A stretch of 64,000 nucleotides of DNA from Dicyema japonicum (GCA_011109175.1 RDEW01000011.1:683061-747060), one strand, 5' to 3'; positions 13,073 to 27,300 are shown, numbered from the stretch's first letter. The notes: generated by a model not told the origin, from the sequence alone. Program-made: numbers and translations.

Positions 13073-13185
13073 GAGGGGTGTCAAACATGCGACCCGTGAG
13101 CCTCATGCGCAGCATTAATGTTTAGTGGAGTTCGTTAAATGCGACTGTACCGTTTGATGGCTATAAACAAAAATATTTTATAATT
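13073..13185 (+). mobile_element. terminal fragment of the same hAT family as 3793-4737
   Basis: GAGGGGTGTCAAACATGCG.. is the reverse complement of 4625-4737. Confidence 0.85.
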
Positions 13186-14087
13186 AAACAATTTTGTAAC
13201 CATTTCGGATGTTTCTCATTACTGTCATTTGGAATTCGTAGAATTTTTTTAATGACTTTGGTGTTATGCAGGAAATGTTCTGTTCCAGAGTATACAAAGT
13301 TTCCTGAATTTGTTTCTCCGTCACGTCCTCGTTTTCAGCTATATCTCCATTATAGATAAAAGTGTCGCATTCAATAGTTTCTTTATCATCAGACTCGGTC
13401 ATTATTTCATCAGTTAGGCAATTATCAAAATTTAAGACATCACGATTTTTTCAATTTGTTTCCAACAATCTGTGATTGAAATTTCTGTTACTTCATTCCA
13501 ACTTTTTGGAACCAGCATTACAACCTGACGAAGGTTTGTTTTGAAAGACGTTCTTTAAATCACTTTCGATGTCTGAAGACATAAAAATTTGAGTAAGAGT
13601 TTGTGAATATTTTTATGATCCGCATATCTAGTAACTGTGTGTAGGGTGTCGAATTTTTAGGCAAAAAAAAGAATTCGATATGGAGCATTCAATTGTTTTA
13701 TTAGATCATGCATTATCAAGTAATAATAATATTTTTCTTTGTTGAGTAACTAATTTCCCACTTAGCTTGCATAATCAGCTATTAAAAATGTACCCAGTCA
13801 TCCATGCACTTTAGGAAGCTGAATATATAACACCAAAATCTTTAACATCGAAATTTTTGAAACAACAAAGTTTATTATATTTCCCAAGTTTTTATTTAAT
13901 GATTGGCCCTGATATTGGAAAATTATGTTCTCTGAGTTTCTGGAATATTTCAAATACTTTGTGATCAAATAATTTATGTATTTCTGATATTGGTGCCCCG
14001 GTTTGGGGCTCCGAAAATTTCCAAATTTGGAAATTAATGCTGGAAAATAGACTCCAATTGAAAAATGCCCCGAAACGGGGTCGACTG
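13186..14087 (-). mobile_element. pogo/Tigger remnant
   Basis: End GGGGTCGACTG+TA. LLLDNA..TTHSY*ICG DDE-region remnants. Confidence 0.7.
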
Positions 14088-14104
14088 TATCATGTGAAAA
14101 ACCT

Positions 14105-14370
14105 CTAAGTTACAAACTGTCGAATGGAAAAGAAGGAATTCTTATACAATCAAAGAAAAACTTTCCGCATTAAAAAAATTGTCAGAGTGCAAAGGAAACA
14201 TTGAAGAAGCATCTAGACAATTTTGTATAGACCGTATGTGTCTACGAAGCTGGCATAAAATAACAAAAATTTGTCAAATTCATCAAAACAAACCGTTTCA
14301 CGTAAATTAGGAACTTTTGGAAGAAAATCGTTTTTTACTGAAATTGAAAAAAAACTGTTTGAGAATGATA
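14105..14370 (+). mobile_element. pogo-like (Brinker-type DNA-binding domain) fragment, copy 1
   Basis: Homologous to 20350-20620. RNSYTIKEKL-type motif. Confidence 0.6.
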
Positions 14371-16363
14371 AAATATAAATACAAACGAGTTAAACTTTAA
14401 AGTGACACAAATTACAAAATGAAAAATCTTTTATTATAAAATCTGTTGAAATTGATTGGTTTAAGACAGTGTTTCTCAAACTGGGGTCCGCGGTCCAAAA
14501 AGGACCGTTTCTTCAACGGCAGTCCTCAGCTTCTCGTCGATGGCTCATAAGAAGTTCATTTCTGTGAAACATAAGGCTGTCCGTAAAAAAAAAGGAGTCG
14601 TGTAAATTAACTACTTAGCTACATTGTCTATGTGCTATTCAAAAGTTCAAAAATACTCAAAAAATAAATTTTAATAAAAAATATAAAAATTAGTCGTTTT
14701 TATACAAAATTTTATATTGTTTTCAATTTTAGTTCTATAAATGACAGATTAGTAATCATAACCTAAATAAAATAAAAAATAAACCATTTCCCAAAATTGA
14801 TTTTTAAAGATTGTAAAATTTAATTTAACCCTAGGAATCATCATTATTGTCAATTTTAATTGAATTTTGAACATTCAAATATTTATCAGCGGTAATTAGT
14901 ATATTTGTTAAGTCACTAAGAATTATTTGTCGCAATGAACAAATTCTATAAGACAATGGGAATTTGTGAGATAACACATGTCCTTACTACATCAACGTTG
15001 TTAACAAAAATCTGGAATTGTTAACTATTTTCAGTTATTATAGATGAATCTCCAAATGTTCGATGTCATATGATTGATGGTTTGAGATGGATGAGACACG
15101 AAAGCAACAAATAACCGTCATCTACGAAAGTTAACATGCATTCGCTCCTTTTTACATTTGCCGTCAAATATCGATATACATTGCTCAACTCCAGTACAAA
15201 CAAGAACACATAATATTCATAATTAAAACCACAATATAACTGCACAAAAAACTACATCCACAAAAAACTGCAACAAATATTCGAAAAGTGTTTAGAAATA
15301 TTCGATAGAACCAACAAGCAAATAATATATAGTTACGACAAATTTGATGAAATGAACTAATTTTTTCAAGTGTAGAATATTAATAAAAATAATGTCGTCA
15401 ATTATGAGCAATAATAATTTTGTATTCCAATTGATAAAATTGCATCAAAAATTGATTGACAGCTGAGGTTGCATAATTTATTGTGAAGTACTATAGAATA
15501 TGTATAAGTTTTTGTGTAAAGTCATAAAAACAGATATACGAACTTTTAAATTGCGTTTTGGTTTTATAATTATTATTGGTAAATTATTAGGCTGTGTTTA
15601 AGCAATTGTTTTTTATTATTTTGTTACTTTGCTTGAGAAAATGTTTGGTTATTAGTGGACTGTCTGTTTAGTCAAGAAATTCCAAAATATGTTAGGATTG
15701 ATTCAAGTCATCGCTTTCTGTTAGTGAATATTTATATTAAATGTTTCACAACTTTTATGTAATAAATACATAATTATCCATTATTTGTTACGTCACAATT
15801 AAATTGGAAATGGAATTTTGTATTAAATTTTTAGTAAATAAAAATTTTGTTACGAGTTTTCACGTAGTTTCAGTGTTCATTGAATCAGTTGAGTGCAGAC
15901 ATACTAAGGTAGCCTCAATCATGATTATTATGTTCAATAAAAATTGATATTAATAATTTTTGACGATTACAATTTTTATATTTTTATTTCAATAAGTTTT
16001 GGTTCGTGGATTGCCATGCTATCGCTATCGGCACAGAGCAAACTGAAGTGTTACAAAACCAATGTCTGAGAATATTATTGAGATCGTCAAAAAAGACACT
16101 CACGTTGTAACTACAAAAACACTAAACGTCGCCAATCATGAAGTACCTTACAGAAGACTTCCTGAAAATCCTGTTAGTTGGTCAAAACATATCTGTAAGC
16201 ATACCCGTGGTACGAGAAGAGATCTTCCATTTGTGGAGATTAATCCAGAATCAAAAACTAATCAAAGGAGAAAACCTATATACAGAAGCAAATATCCACA
16301 TTTTACTCAGTAGATTAAAAATTGGTGCATAACCAATTTGTAGGCTAAATCGACTGTATTTTT

Positions 16364-16692
16364 AAATAATAAAGCACTACCGCGTTGCCATAAGCACGTA
16401 AGATGCCTAGGGTTTCGCTCGTGCAGAACACACACTTTATTTAAGTAAGGAAAGTTACTTTAACTAATCGTAAAGAGAGAACCAAGGAATGCTCTTCACT
16501 TTGTTATTTCTTTTTCTTAGGTGTATGTTCTTTGACTATCCAGTTCCGCAGTGAATCTCCACTGATGACGGCGTCACTCGTCAAGCCCTTTTCGCATCGT
16601 ATATGCGTGGAACCATCCACCAGGTGAACAGCAGCGAGAATCGAACCTGTGACCTAAGCCACTTTAGCCCGACACCTAACCACTATGCTACC
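16364..16692 (-). mobile_element. tRNA-derived SINE family 1, full length, tail type A
   Basis: A box TAGCATAGTGG and B box GGTTCGATTC on minus. Shared core and TTA-rich tail. Confidence 0.92.
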
Positions 16693-17539
16693 AATCAACT
16701 GACAATGAATGATACATTAGATGGATATACCCCTTTTTATTTTATTAATATTTTGCAGTGAAAAATTCTTTTTGAGTTACAAAGTTTTGGAAAAAAACAT
16801 GTGTCCTTGATCAGAAAATTCGAGATCTCTTGTGCTCATTTCCTAATGTCAAGTAATTTTAATAAGATAAATTCAATTTTTAATAGACATTTAATATGTA
16901 AAAAATCGAACTGAAAAAATGAGTGGTCGTTTCCCGTTAAAACTGTCGCAAAAAAGCATTTGAAACAGCCACTCGGTTTTCTGAAGCTCATTACTCACTT
17001 TCGATATCATAGATCCAAGTCATCTTAGAAAAGAGAAGTGGAAAAATATCATGCTTCCGAAAATTCTGGGAGAATATATAGCGAGTCTCATCCGTATGTT
17101 TTTAACATATTTTACTAAAAATTGATTAGAAGCAAACCATACAAGTACACCAAAGACAACAGAAACATGTTTTTGAATATTAATTCTTATTTGGTTATTT
17201 CGATATTACGTTGTCTTTGGAATTTTTTGATGAAAAATATGTGTAATATTTTTTTTAATTTGAAAAAATGACGGTTGAATTGGTGACGTGGGTCTTAAAC
17301 ACCATGTCTGAAAAATAAGGAATTCATGGAATAGACCCTTTTGAAGTTCAGTAGCCTCTCCAGTACCTGGAAAAAAATAAAACTTTGTGAGGACTTTTCA
17401 AGCTACAAAGTATCGTTCGGATGTTTTAAAGCAGGGGTTCCTTTAACAAACTTTTAAAAAATATCGCCAACAGGAAAAACCTATATGGTAACGAGTTGGA
17501 AATAAAAAATTTAATCTCGATCCTGTTTGGATTCATGTT

Positions 17540-17930
17540 TGTAACCCTTCGTAGATCTCCTTTTTCAACAATGTCCAAGCGGTTTCTCCTTTTGGCAATT
17601 AGCTGTGATACAATACTAAAGCCTTTATCAACCAGATCGTATTGTTGCTAAGCGAAAGCGATTTGATAATATTCTGGGAAGGTTGGTGCATTACTGTTTT
17701 CAGTACTTCATGAATTGATGGTATTATCAGTTCCTTCCCATTTGTGTGCAATTTTCCCGACATGGCGATAAGTAAAACGATGCTATATGATGCAACAACG
17801 CCATCATCACTGTGCTTATTATTACTGAAGAATATTTTTTTGCAGGCTTCGTTGATTTTTTTGTTTCCCCCAATACTTTTGAAAAACCGTCAGAGACTTG
17901 TTGGAATTATTTGGATGGACCTTTATTTTA
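17540..17930 (-). mobile_element. hAT transposase fragment
   Basis: LIIPSIHEVLKTVMHQ..IIKSLSLSNNT region typical of ZBED5-like transposases. Confidence 0.65.
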
Positions 17931-17989
17931 ATAAAATATAAGAACCCTTCGTAAATGCTGACTTAATCTAGAAGGCTTCATAGCCTCGT

Positions 17990-19400
17990 TAGAAAATGAC
18001 TTCAACATCTCTCGAATTCTCTTCGAATGCTCCGGCAGTGAACCAACAGCTTTTCTGAGGTGTCTTCTTTTATTTCTGCAGAGGAATTCTATCGTAGTGC
18101 TTTTTTTAATGGCGATCTGAATTTCTTCGCATGAACCACCCTCTCTCTAACATCTCTCCAAATTCTCTCGAATGCCATTTCTCAAGTCCATACCATTTCT
18201 CACCGTCGTCTCTTCTGAAAGCAGACTGGGGACGGATGTGGAGTTTAATTGTATGTACCTCATGATCTTCCGTCTGAGAGATTTCACACGCTCCACCTTC
18301 GTAAAAGGAATGGCGGATCTCCAGGCAAACACAGGCATATTCAATCGTCGGCGCAAAAACTTGGAGATATATTTTTCTGATCCAAGCAGTAGGAGGGAAG
18401 GGGCTCTTCTCTACGATGGCTTTTAGGACGTTCCATTTTCGAAGATTCTTGGTTACCAATTCCTCCGTGTGACTGGCGAACGTCATCAGAGAGTCGAAAA
18501 TTACTCCAAGGATCTTGTGGATTCGTGTATAAGGGATGGGAATGTTTCCGAGGAATATCTCAAGTCCACCTTTATATCTTCTGTCCGTAGTAAATAGCGT
18601 TAACTGAGACTTGGATGCAGACACAGATAGCAAAATCATGGATAGCCAGTCATACATCTGGTTGAGGTGTGACTGAACCACCGCCACAGCCCTGGATGGA
18701 GATTTGTCCCTTGGGGAGTCTTGTGGGACCCCATTAGGGAGTAGTCTTGATTTTGAAGTAATTTTTCCAATCCGAACTCTTCCACGTCGGCCATTAATAG
18801 CATGATGCTCGGATGTAAATTTGAGTTAAGATCTTTTTTGTTATGAGAGTCCTCAAAACCGAGTCGAAGGCTTTATGTATATCTATAGAACAGGGGTGAT
18901 TAACTTTAGTACAAGCTTCTCCAACACTTTCGACAAGGCGTAAGTTATGGAGAAGGCGGTAAGAGGATGGGATGTCTTTTGATTTTCCAGGCTTGAGGAT
19001 TGGAGTAATCAATGAGTTCTTCCATATGTTTGGTGTTATATGGGAATTTATAGACTGGTTGTATAGTCTTGATAACACATATGGGCCTAAGGTCCTAGGT
19101 GTTTAAGGTGGATAGCACAGACACTGTCGGGGCCACATGCTCGGGTTGGTCGTAGAAATTTAATAGTCCTTTCCACGTCGTAGGGAGTGAAGAACGTTGT
19201 ATATGTCGACTGTTGTGGACCATCTCGTTTGACATGCAGAGATCGAGAGAAGTCCTTGTGGCTGATCGACACATAGTATTTCATGAGGTTATTAGCGAGT
19301 TTCCGTGCATGTTCCGGGATAAGGGTAACGGTTTCCACATCGCCGTCATCTTCCTTTCTGTTGATACTCTTTAGTGTCTTCCAGAAGGTTCCACACGAGT
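17990..19400 (-). mobile_element. Jockey/I-like LINE RT, decayed
   Basis: ACGPDSV, WKNSLITPILKPGK..SSYR, DIHKAFDSV, NGSPQ and KILGVIFD motifs. Confidence 0.88.
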
Positions 19401-19499
19401 TCTTAAACGCTTGGGCTTATTATAACTGATGCTCGGGATTATGGAGGTTCGATCATCGACAGTGGCCATAAAATGGTCATTGCTAAGAATGAGAAGGAA

Positions 19500-20000
19500 A
19501 AGCAGTGGTTACTCAAAATCGCACCCGAAAAATTACGATCTGGATTACCTGAAGACTCAAACTAACCATGGCTCGGCGTTCCGAGATTACTTGGATGAAG
19601 AACTCGAAGAAATATCGACGGACTTATCACCATGGAGTTTTTTGAAGCAGAAAATAAAAAGGGTAGGAGACCACTCCTAACGAAGAATACCTTTAATATG
19701 AATTTACATCCGAACGTCATGCTATGACTGAAAATGTCTTAACTGGCCGAAATGGAAGAGTCCAGATCGATAAAACTACTACAAAATCAAAGCTTCTCCC
19801 AAATGGGACCCCACGTGGTGCCATTTTATCACCTTCCATGTTTAACTTATTTCTACACGACATACCTACTACCAAAAATCAGAACACTGTTTTTATCTCG
19901 CGGAAAACATAATTATTTCCACAAGGATATCGAGAATCGATCGTATAAACTCTCTCAGACGTACAACTAGACGGATCGCGAAAGCCGACAGTTCATCCAT
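19500..20000 (+). mobile_element. LINE RT fragment
   Basis: PNGTPRGAILSPSMFNLFLHD (RT motif 4). Confidence 0.75.
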
Positions 20001-20349
20001 CACCAGTCTCCTTACTTAGGAGGTGGTGCAGAGAAATGGCCAGAGTTTCCTACGTTTCTGCACGTTCCGAAGTTTCGGAAGGGCTTATTTTCTGAAAAAT
20101 TTGGAACGATTTTTTTGAATTAAATTTTATAAATTAATTTAATTTTTTTAATGGTACTATGTGGCTAGTTGGGAAAGAATTATTTTCCTTCCCTCAGATA
20201 GCGTCATTGGATCCACCTTACTGAGGAAACGCTCAAAAGGATCCAATTATTCTTTCCCCGGAAGACAATGTCGTTACCTGGAGACAAGTACTGGAACTCT
20301 GGAACGAGTCAGGATCGAGGAGTTAGTTAGTTTGGTTATCCGAACAAAC

Positions 20350-20760
20350 CTAAATGTTACAAACTGTTGAATCGCAAAGAAGGAAATGTTATACAATCGA
20401 AGAAAAACTTTCTACATTAAAAAATTGTCAGAGTGCAGTGAATTCATTGCAGAAGCATCTAGACAACTTTGTATATACCGTAAATGTCTACGAAGCTGGC
20501 ATAAAAATAATAAAAAATTGTCAAATTCATCAAAACAAACCGCTTCAAAAATTAGAAACTTTTGGAAGAAAAGCGTAATTCCTGAAATTGAAAAAAAACT
20601 GTTTAAATGAATAAAATCTAAAAGACTTATCACAAAAAATTGTGAGCTATTGATTTTTTAGAGAAATCGTATGCTCAATGAAGGTGATTTAATCAGTGCT
20701 GAGTTTGAGTTTCAATTTCTGTAAAAGACATCGCCTGACTAGTAGACGAATAACGCTTTA
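20350..20760 (+). mobile_element. pogo-like fragment, copy 2
   Basis: RKCYTIEEKL..CLRSW..PEIEKKLF HTH pattern. Homologous to 14105-14370. Confidence 0.65.
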
Positions 20761-22134
20761 GGCCAACAAGATAATAGGCCTATCGAAGAAAAAAAAGAAT
20801 TGCTGATTATTTTTGGCATTGCTTTTTTGGCATGGGGTAAGGTCTTATTTTTGGAAAAAATTTGGCACACATAAAATTCATTTTTTCCGAAAATAAGCCC
20901 AGAGCTTTCACTTCTATGTCTTTCAAACACTGAATTAAGTGCAGCGGTTTCTTCTCAATTTTTGTAGAGTATTCACTTGGCAATTTAAGTCAACGGAAAA
21001 TAACTCCGCTATTGATGCTTTGTCAACTTGGCTTGTGACTGACAAAATCTCTCCGACTTGAGACTACGTTATGATTTTATCAAAATAGAAATGTTTTTCG
21101 ACGATCAACGCAAAATATCCACATTATAATCAAGAACTGTTGATCAATTGGTTACAAAACTCGGATTGTGCCCAAAGACATAGTGAAATTGTTCTATCAA
21201 TGCAGAAGGATTGGGGAAAGAATGTCAAAGAAATTAAAAAGCCACTAAATACAGATAATTATATCTAATGGTGCATGCATATGAGAAACATGTCTCGATC
21301 TACTGTCTACATGCTCATCAGGACCGGGTAAGTACCACTATTCCAAATTCCCGATAAACTTTTTAGTACGTTCAGTTTCTTTTTGCATTTCAAAAGAATG
21401 TTTTCTACGCGTGGTGTCAGACAGAGAGGCATATCAAACCTCAACAGATCCTTTGACATCTGTTGAAAGGGATGTCGTCTTGTTTAACTTCACGACACTG
21501 TCTTCCTTCCCAATCTTCTGTCAGAGGTAAAAAGGGACATAGACGACTTCTCTGCATTCACAATGAGCTCATTTTCCATTATTCAGGCGTTAAGCAGGAC
21601 TAGGCTAATTTGTAATCTTTCTGTGGTCTTCTGGATGTCCCGATCTCGCGAATTCAAAACAATGTCATCGCATATGAGAGTAGAACATCGTTATCAGATT
21701 AAAAAATTGGGAGATCGGCCAGAAAGAGGTTAAACAGAGAGAGGATAAAGGAGATCATTAATGGACTCCGTTGGTGAGGAGACGTGAGATGGATTTTAGT
21801 CCTCCGATACATACACGTCCCCCTCGTCCACTTATGAAGTGGTGATCCAAAGCTTGAACTTCTCTGGGATCTCCGATAAATATTTTTCTCGATAGTATTT
21901 TTTTCAGGCTGAATGAAACAATGTACTAACAATGATGAAAAACTACAGGATGCTCTCAGAATTGATCGTACTGGGCGGCTGACTGTATTAGCAGGGCCAC
22001 CTTCCCACATGCCGGAGTTTAGTTTTATGTAAACTGATTGCCAATTCGGGGAATTATCATAATATTGGAAAAACATAAATTAATATAAAAAATATTTAAT
22101 ATAAAATTTCTTTAAAAAATTTTTAATTCAAATA

Positions 22135-22234
22135 CGCACATGCGGGAACCCTCAAGAGGTGGGGAGTAGTTATTGGCTCTTTTATTCCTTTTTGGAATGG
22201 GGGACACTTTATCCGGTGAGCCACAAGACGCCAC
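22135..22234 (-). ncRNA. divergent copy of the pseudoknotted retroposon head (family 2)
   Basis: Minus strand GTGGCGTC TTG TGGCTC ACC GGATAA AGT GTCCCC C ATTCC AAAAA GGAAT AAAA GAGCCA..CTCCCCA. Same helix order and spacing as 49381 and 55812, with compensatory changes. Confidence 0.65.
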
Positions 22235-23120
22235 GTTAACCATTCATACTACTAACAGATCTTATTGACGAATAAATAATTTTGGAAACATGCAAAATTT
22301 TGCTTAATGGATCCATTACCAAAACAAAAATTTGGGGAGAAAAATAGTCTCCTTGCAGCATTTCACTTTCAGAGGCATTGGAGACTGGAACTCCATAAAA
22401 TTTTTGGAAGCCCTTTTTTGGCTAGCTTCGATTTCCATGGAATTTGTCCAAGAGATAAACGGGCCCTATAAAGCACGCATATGAGATTGCATGTTTCGCC
22501 GTACTGCATGTATATGTAGTTCAAGATTTTTATAACTTTTATAATTCTTCATCATTAAAAAACAAATTCCGCGCTAAAATTAAATCTAAACGTTAAAGCC
22601 AGAGTAAAGTAACCAGTTATCGCAACTCCTCAAACAGGATTATTGACTGCGAAGGTACACAGTAAACATTAAAATACGAAAGCACATTAAACGCGATGAA
22701 TTGCGAGTGAGCGTGCCTTTTTTGTTTGACGAGTTTCTATTTTTCGAAAACAAATTTTTATAAAAATGAACAAAAATTATTAAAATAGCTGCTCTCTAGT
22801 AAACGATTCCATATTACGATTTTTATGGAAATGCACTCAATCAACCATCTCTCTTCTTGGCTATCCATCCTCCTTTATATTACTAACGACCCAATAGCGA
22901 GTTTGTATGTTAGATGAACCCTAGCCCTTCTCCCAGCCTACATACGTTAATAGAGACCAACAATAATAGGACTACCCCCTACAAGGATTCTATAAGAAAA
23001 CCATGTCCCCCGTTCTATCAACTTGGACCAATCCGACTAATAAACCAAATCCTATAATTTTACTTATAAATTTGGTATTTAAGAGAATAACGATAAATAA
23101 GCTAATGTTAAAGATAATTT

Positions 23121-24699
23121 CTAATTAACCCACCGACGAATGATCTCGATTTCACGTCTCCTTGTGGCTGTGAGATTTGAGGAATCATTTGGAGATGACC
23201 TTCTCAAATCGACATGATGAGCTCCCCCTTCTATCAAAAGACTAAATATGTCATTGTTTATGTTCTCTTGGACATTTCCACCATACCAGGGATCAAGCTC
23301 TCCGTTGCTGAATATAATGTTGCTCATGGAATCAATATTTCTAAGGTTGTTCTCACGAGTAGCCTGATTCGGTCGAAAGTCAACTCCATATGTGCTCATG
23401 CATATCTCTTGATATTGGGAAACGTTAAATGTGTAAGGGATGAACATGTTCGTGGGACTTTCGTTCGAACACAGGTAGTTCCCTAATTCCGTGCATGACT
23501 AAACTATTTCACTAATTTACTTGGTAATCCCAGATATGATCCGTTTCTGAGGATCCGTAGACATTATACAGATCATAGCAATCTCCACTGTTTCCGGAGT
23601 AATTAAAGTAAAAATTAAAGGTTTTCCTGATTCCCTCTACTAATGTATCCTCCGTCATGTTTGGGGTCGAGAAGAATCTCGCAATAACCTAAGAGTGAAA
23701 AACTAAGGGATCACTGAGACTGGATAGGTGGGAAGAGGAACGAATAGATTTGACGGAGTTGGATAATTCACCATCGCCGTGTTTATGAGGATTAACTCAA
23801 AGTAACTCAATTTATCCAAAAAAATGTCGGTTTCACATGTTTCAATTGAATTCCATAAACCTCATTTCATAAAACCAAAGACCACCTTCATCGGATTCCA
23901 TCAACTCCCAAACTCGATAAATATTTATCGGGGCAAATTCCTCTGCCATTCTGAATGCAGATGACGTCTTTTCAAATAGCATTCCACAATTATCATTTCC
24001 ATCAAAATTAAATAATGGAGCAGATGATGCGATCGCTCTGAATTTTTGATCAAAAGAATAACCCAGAGATCCATTCTGGGTACTGCATTCTCATCCAGGC
24101 GGCAAGCATTCCTCCGTACGAACCTCCAAAGGTTACAATCTTGGTGTCCCGATTAAAGAGGGAACTAATGAGATCAACAAAGTCAGCCATTGCTTGTTTC
24201 GTGGTTAAATAAATAAGTTGACTGACCTGAAAATTACATTAAAATCGACTTGTGATATATTTCTGTAGGGCTGTGATTCTCCGTAATACCTATGTTCCGC
24301 GAAAATAACAATAGCGTTAAACGCGGGGGCAATCTCCCAAACAAATCCCTATAATACTTTTGGGCATAAAAACCGTGTTTTCAGAAAAATCTTCGATTCT
24401 TCCTTCATTTCCAGGATAGAAAAATACCGGTCCACCAGGTTTGTAGTGTTTATCAGAATAAATGTATTTCAAATTAAATTTATAACTATTTGTGGAGTTA
24501 AAGTGGTCAAGCTAAAATACTCTAAAATCCTTACTTTTGTCTTGAACCACCTTATTTCGTAATCTAAGGTATATTTATTGTCAATAGTAGAACTTGGGAG
24601 TTGTAGGTTATCAGGCAACGTTTCTTCAATTTGATGCGAACTTGAAACAACAAAGAATGCCAAAAGTAATAGATTCATTTCTAGCATAATTGATAACAT
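23121..24699 (-). CDS. PRCP: lysosomal Pro-X carboxypeptidase-like serine peptidase (family S28), 8 exons
   Basis: Signal peptide. LDHF, FFYPGNEG, AEHRYYGES, GGSYGGMLAAW (Ser), NGELDPW (Asp), GAHHVDLR (His). Seven GT-AG introns of 23, 25, 23, 25, 25, 26 and 22 nt give an open frame. PRCP versus DPP7 orthology not resolved; start could be 24687 or 24678. Confidence 0.9.
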
Positions 24700-25281
24700 T
24701 TTATTATGTTTTATGGTTAGCCACACTAAAATAAATTAAAAAACACAATTTTGTTTAAATTAATATTTTTTTCATTTCTGACTCTTCCAGTTGTTATTCC
24801 GAAAAACTTTTTTGCATCGAACTTGAAAGGTCTATGAATCAGTCTAAAGAAGATCTTTGAAAGATCTTATGTGAAAGAATCCGAAAGTTGTCGGAATAGG
24901 TTGTTAACCCTAAATGATTGATGGTTGATCAAGTAACCTTTTAGATTTAGCTAAGCAGTGATTTTATAAAAATTGAAGATAATTGGTTGATAAAACAAGA
25001 AAGAGATTAAAGATCAGATTTCAAATCAAAGAAATTAGTTCCATCTATAAAAATGAGAAACTTCTGANATCTTTGAAAAATCTTATGTGAAAGAATCCGA
25101 AAGTTGTCGGAATAGGTTGTTAACCCTAAATGATTGATGGTTGATCAAGTAACCTTTTAGATTTAGCTAAGCAGTGATTTTATAAAAATTGAAGATAATT
25201 GGTTGATAAAACAAGAAAGAGATTAAAGATCAGATTTCAAATTAAAGAAATTAGTTCCATCTATAAAAATGAGAAACTTCT

Positions 25282-25425
25282 GATCAAAATTAAACATAGA
25301 TCGATCAAAATAAGACATTTACACGTCAAAAGAGACACATATTGATCAAAATGAGACATTCACACGTCGAAACGATACAGATACTGGTCAAAATAAGGAA
25401 TATGTCGATCAAAATGAGAGGCAAC
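25282..25425. repeat. cluster of short GATCAAAAT(A/G)AG repeats, probable DNA-transposon subterminal region
   Basis: About five copies within 140 bp, ending GAGAGGCAAC. Confidence 0.45.
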
Positions 25426-26109
25426 ACAATATCTCCTGATACCTAACTTCAAATATAAAGGTTTTTCTGAAAGTTTTTAAACAAACTTTATGAGTATTTT
25501 GGAGTGTTCATTATAAAAGTGAATGTACTGTATTTCTTGTTATATTATTCTTGAGTTGGACATCCATATTGTGCATTTGTTGTGTTTACTAAGGTTTATT
25601 TTTAATAGTCAATACCTGACCTCAAATGATATTATGTCGCGAACACAGTGAGCGACCGAGCGCTACGCTCGATCAGTTAATGTCAATCAATCAAATTAAC
25701 TTAATTTTTTTCAAGATTAAGAATAATTATTATTTTAAACTGTTATTAGTTGCTACATTCAACTTCTTAAGTCGTTTTGAATGTATTTTCATTACCGATC
25801 TATCACTTTTTTCCACATTGACAAAATTGTTAGACAATTATGCAACAATAGTGACTGGATCCCGGTACGGATGTTTGAACTTTGTAAATCTAAGAGAAAG
25901 ATTCGTCCCATAATCCTTTTGAATGCGAGCCTTTTAAGTAATTAAATTAGAAGACAATATCTTCAACATCCAAATCATATTTTTAAATGTACTCCCATTT
26001 TCCTATTCATCCATTTATAATATGAGGACTCTAAATTAATTTTAGGAAAATCAAACTCAAATTCATTTAAAATATATTGCATTTAAATATATTTAAATAC
26101 TGGAATTGA

Positions 26110-26565
26110 GTAATCAGCACCGACGCGCTTGTGTGTTTTCGGGGGCTTCCCCTAAGAGCGGAGCTTTGCTAANCAGCTAGATACTCGGCCATTCTTGAAC
26201 CGGTCAGGTTATGCAGAAGTGACGGGAAACGACCGGACGGGATGACCATATTTCCCATTGAGGCCGGAAAACTACTTGTTTGGAACGTGACATGTACAGA
26301 TACGTTCGCCCCGAACAATCTTCACGAGTACGCTTCAAGAGCCTGCTCTACAGCCGTCAAGGCGGAGAAGGCCAAAGTCGAAAAATACAACGACCTTCCC
26401 GAGAATGTCCAATTTGTCCTTCTACACTAGAATTTTTGGGACGTCTTGGAAACCAGATCACCTCATGCACTGGAGATCTCCGCGAACGCCGCTGGCTGTT
26501 TGAGCGAATTTCGCTCGCAATTCTGAGAGGGAACAGACACGCAGTGAGGGCGGCAGCTAACTAAT
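26110..26565 (+). mobile_element. CRE-clade RLE 3' fragment
   Basis: DGKRPDGMT, WNVTCTDT, KVEKY and ERISLAILRGN motifs. Confidence 0.88.
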
Positions 26566-26759
26566 GTTTTGTCCTTATCATTTTATTAATAACACTTGTT
26601 AATTGTTTTAAAATAATAAAGTAATAAAAATTACATAAAAAATTCCCTGTTCATGTAATTGACAAAATTCTAAGATCGAATTATGCACTTCAAAAAATCG
26701 ACGCAGACAGTGTTCTTTAGGGAGCCATCTAACTTGGGTATGCAAAAGAAGTCGTTCGT

Positions 26760-27300
26760 ATTGTTCATCGTTTTGTTCACAAATAAGTCAAAATATTCTT
26801 GCATTTAGCGGGTGCATTTTTATCCGATTTATTGCATTTATGACTACAATTATTCTCATTAAGCCTTTCACTTGAATTTTTGCAGCTAAATGTTTTTTTT
26901 ATGCTAAATTTTTTATGAATGGTAAAAATATTTAGTATTTTTTCCTTCAAATATGCTAAAAACCCACGATGAACTCCAACCATAGCAGGTGCCCCATCTG
27001 TAGAACAACCATTAATGTCGCTAAGGGATCCTCCATGTCTTAAAAAATATTGTTCAACGGTTTTAAAAATCGTTAAGCCATTTGTGTCGAATCAAATGCC
27101 ATTTCATCAATTCTAGACAGAACTATTGCTGAGAGGACTTGATGAAATTATTTAACCAGAATCACAATCAACCATTAAATCAAGTATTTCTATGACAACT
27201 GGTAATATTAAGGACTCTCCAATAGTATGAGGTTTTTCTGATTATGCGATATTTTGTATGACGCTAATAGGCCTTTTCAAGCATCCTCGATTTTTTGTAA
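26760..27300 (-). mobile_element. hAT transposase fragment
   Basis: GCSTDGAPAMVG..GF motif. Confidence 0.75.

Noticed and set aside
16563-16590. CTGATGA in SINE 1 (antisense; also at about 414 and 55046) as a hammerhead ribozyme core
   Set aside because: No GAAA after a stem II and no stems I/III with an NUH site. It is simply the complement of the TGACG/CGTCA hairpin region.
16620-16692. tRNA genes at SINE heads (also 45165-45220)
   Set aside because: A and B boxes are present but there is no acceptor stem or cloverleaf, and they continue into a repeated body with tail and TSD.
24855-25282. Roughly 213-bp tandem duplication
   Set aside because: The copies meet at a single n (25068), so this is most likely overlapping contig ends.
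25636-25678. GC hairpin CGAGCG-cta-CGCTCG as a Helitron end
   Set aside because: No CTRR terminus, no matching other end, and no second copy in the window.
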